Of a stretch of 64,000 bases of DNA, positions 62,292 through 64,000 are shown piece by piece (position 1 is the stretch's first letter; every line of letters begins with the position of its first letter). Under the pieces are notes generated by a model. The model had not been told where the DNA came from, did not search any database, and saw only the letters and a program-made list of their open reading frames with translations. This DNA comes from Geosiphon pyriformis uo1 (taxonomy: Eukaryota; Fungi; Glomeromycota). The position numbers and the translations under genes were made by a program. The stretch is taken from the NCBI GenBank assembly GCA_016748015.1, contig JAAOMT010000468.1, positions 744,001 to 808,000 of the forward strand, in the 5' to 3' direction.

Positions 62292-64000
62292 ATGGCTTCT
62301 ATAACTGGTGTTGCTAGCACCTCCTTTTCAAAAAAAATGGTCAAAAAGACTAAAAGTTCAGAAAAGTGGGAGCAGTTGCTTGTCTCTGCTATTGTTACAC
62401 CAAACCCCTTTGTGGTTCCCAATGAGATCTTAGATAAGATCTCTATAGCATCATATGGCACATCATTTAAGATAGACCAAAATCAACCACTGGCTGTGTT
62501 GTTAAATGTGATGTCTTTTGACAAATTATCACCAGTTTTAAAAGCAAAGCAATCTCCTTCTGTTAGGTCACCTATTTTTGAGAACTGGGCTGATCAAATG
62601 AAAACTAAATTATCTTTTCCTTTAGTTTTTGGTGCTACTTTTAGTGGTGCTTGGGAAACTATTACTAGTCATTAAAGATTTACTGGGTGAGTGGTCTCTA
62701 TTCTAGTGCCTAGTGCTACTTTTAAGATCAAATTGGCTTATGTTAAGGCTGTTTTTCAATCAGTACATGGTTTCTTGGGTGTAAAGTCAGTGTTAAAAAA
62801 CAATGTGAAGCTGTTTTGTATGGAGTTTGCTTCTTAAGTGTTTTTGAAAACCACATTTCTGGTTGAGCTTACAAGCTTTATACATTTGGCCACTCTTAAA
62901 ATTGCCAAGTCCTTGGTAGTTCCTGAGTCTGGCTCTTTTTCTGCTGCTGTTGCACTACATAATGTGCCTTTAGGTGTGTCTGCTGCTGACATTAAGACAG
63001 CTCTTAGTATTTTTGGTGTAATTACTTATGTTGTACTGAAGTCTGCTGGCATTTGACAGTATGTTGTAGTCTATTTTGAGAATTTAGTTGCTGCCACATC
63101 TGCTTTCAATTACTGGTCAGTTTTGGTGAGCAAAGATAGTGTTTGAATTCTTTTTCTTGTGAATCAACAAAAAACAATTGTGTTTTGTGATAGGTTTAAG
63201 GCCAAGTTGGTCAACCTTTTTTTTAACTGCACTGTCTTTGAAATCAGTAATATGGTTTCTTAAGTTGGTAGTTGGACTTGTTTTATTCCTTAATCTCCTG
63301 ATTCTGGTCATCATTTTTGCTTTGCTCTGGTTACATTTGGCTCTTAAGCTGATTTGAACTTTGCTGTTATTAAAACTGGTACACTAAAAAAGTGCTATAT
63401 TTGGTAAGAAACTCCTGGTTGTCAGCATTGTTTTTGGTGTCAAGAGATAGACCACTTGACCATGGACTATAAAGTTGCTCCACCTCCTTCTTTTAAGGCT
63501 TCCAAGATATTTAAACCACATTTTGTCAGTTCTTTGTCTTATGCAAAAGCATCTGTTCCCTCTGTTCTTTTTGAGTTTTCTCTTTTGGTGGCTTTTGCTC
63601 CTCCTGTTGCTGTTGAAAATTTTTTGGTGTTCTCTTGGCTGGTGTTTCTGGAATTTGATTTGGCCAAGCTTTCTGTTTTGGTTGAATCTATTGTCAAGCC
63701 TGTTGGCTCTATGGTCAAAGTTTTTAAACAATTTGTTAATGGTAATCTGGTTTCAAGTTCTGCTCTTGGTCTTAGAATCAATAAGGTTTTGGTTCACATA
63801 AGTATCTTTAGCAGAGCTGTTGATAAGTTGGAGTGAAAAGTAGTTACTCTGAAAACTGAGTGTGGTTTTAAGAACATTGATATGTCTGGCTCTCATGTAA
63901 GTTTGTTATCTTTTGATAATAGTATGTTTTCTAATTTGATGTCTCTTTGGGAACATGAATTTACTGCTATAAAGGCTAATGCCTTTAAGACAGCTGAATG

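Larger units (their letters stand above)
51750..64000 (+). mobile_element. LINE of a second ORF1 family, interrupted by gypsy B copy 2; continues beyond the window
   Basis: ORF1 starts at 51785 (MTMTRAK...VFPSM) and resumes in frame after the ATGG TSD (MASITG...); RRM-like segments (ALHNVPLGVSAADIKTALSIFG, AKLVNL...FALVTF) and a CxxC-x4-H knuckle remnant ~63430. Confidence 0.85.

Overview
Eukaryotic, very AT-rich genomic DNA. By inference it comes from an early-diverging fungus (Mucoromycota/Glomeromycotina). The repeat families resemble predicted proteins I recall from Geosiphon pyriformis, which I could not verify. About 85% of the window is nested retroelements. A CpG-retaining gene island (~8950-14450) holds two divergently transcribed, intron-containing genes: a Rab32/38-family GTPase (-) and a stand-alone voltage-sensor-like four-helix membrane protein (+). 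It is surrounded by at least eight LINE copies or fragments (RRM/CCHC ORF1; APE-RT-RNaseH-zinc finger ORF2) at various stages of C>T/G>A decay. Four Ty3/gypsy insertions (three proviruses, one solo LTR) have TGTTA...TAACA termini and 4-bp TSDs; all are on the - strand and all sit inside + strand LINEs. The gypsy elements are the most unusual feature. They show: a ~330-codon AUG-free coding extension upstream of capsid; a multi-CxxC module plus dUTPase between protease and RT; a conserved short integrase tail motif instead of a chromodomain; an extra env-position ORF that is homologous between two otherwise divergent families; U5 sequence that can base-pair with the PBS; and TTC-N3-GAA-type arrays in U3. 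The LINEs carry a conserved 5' hairpin, an AUGA ORF1/ORF2 overlap and a covarying 3'-terminal structure. Two N-gaps (28930-29696, 30180-30342) hide part of one provirus.
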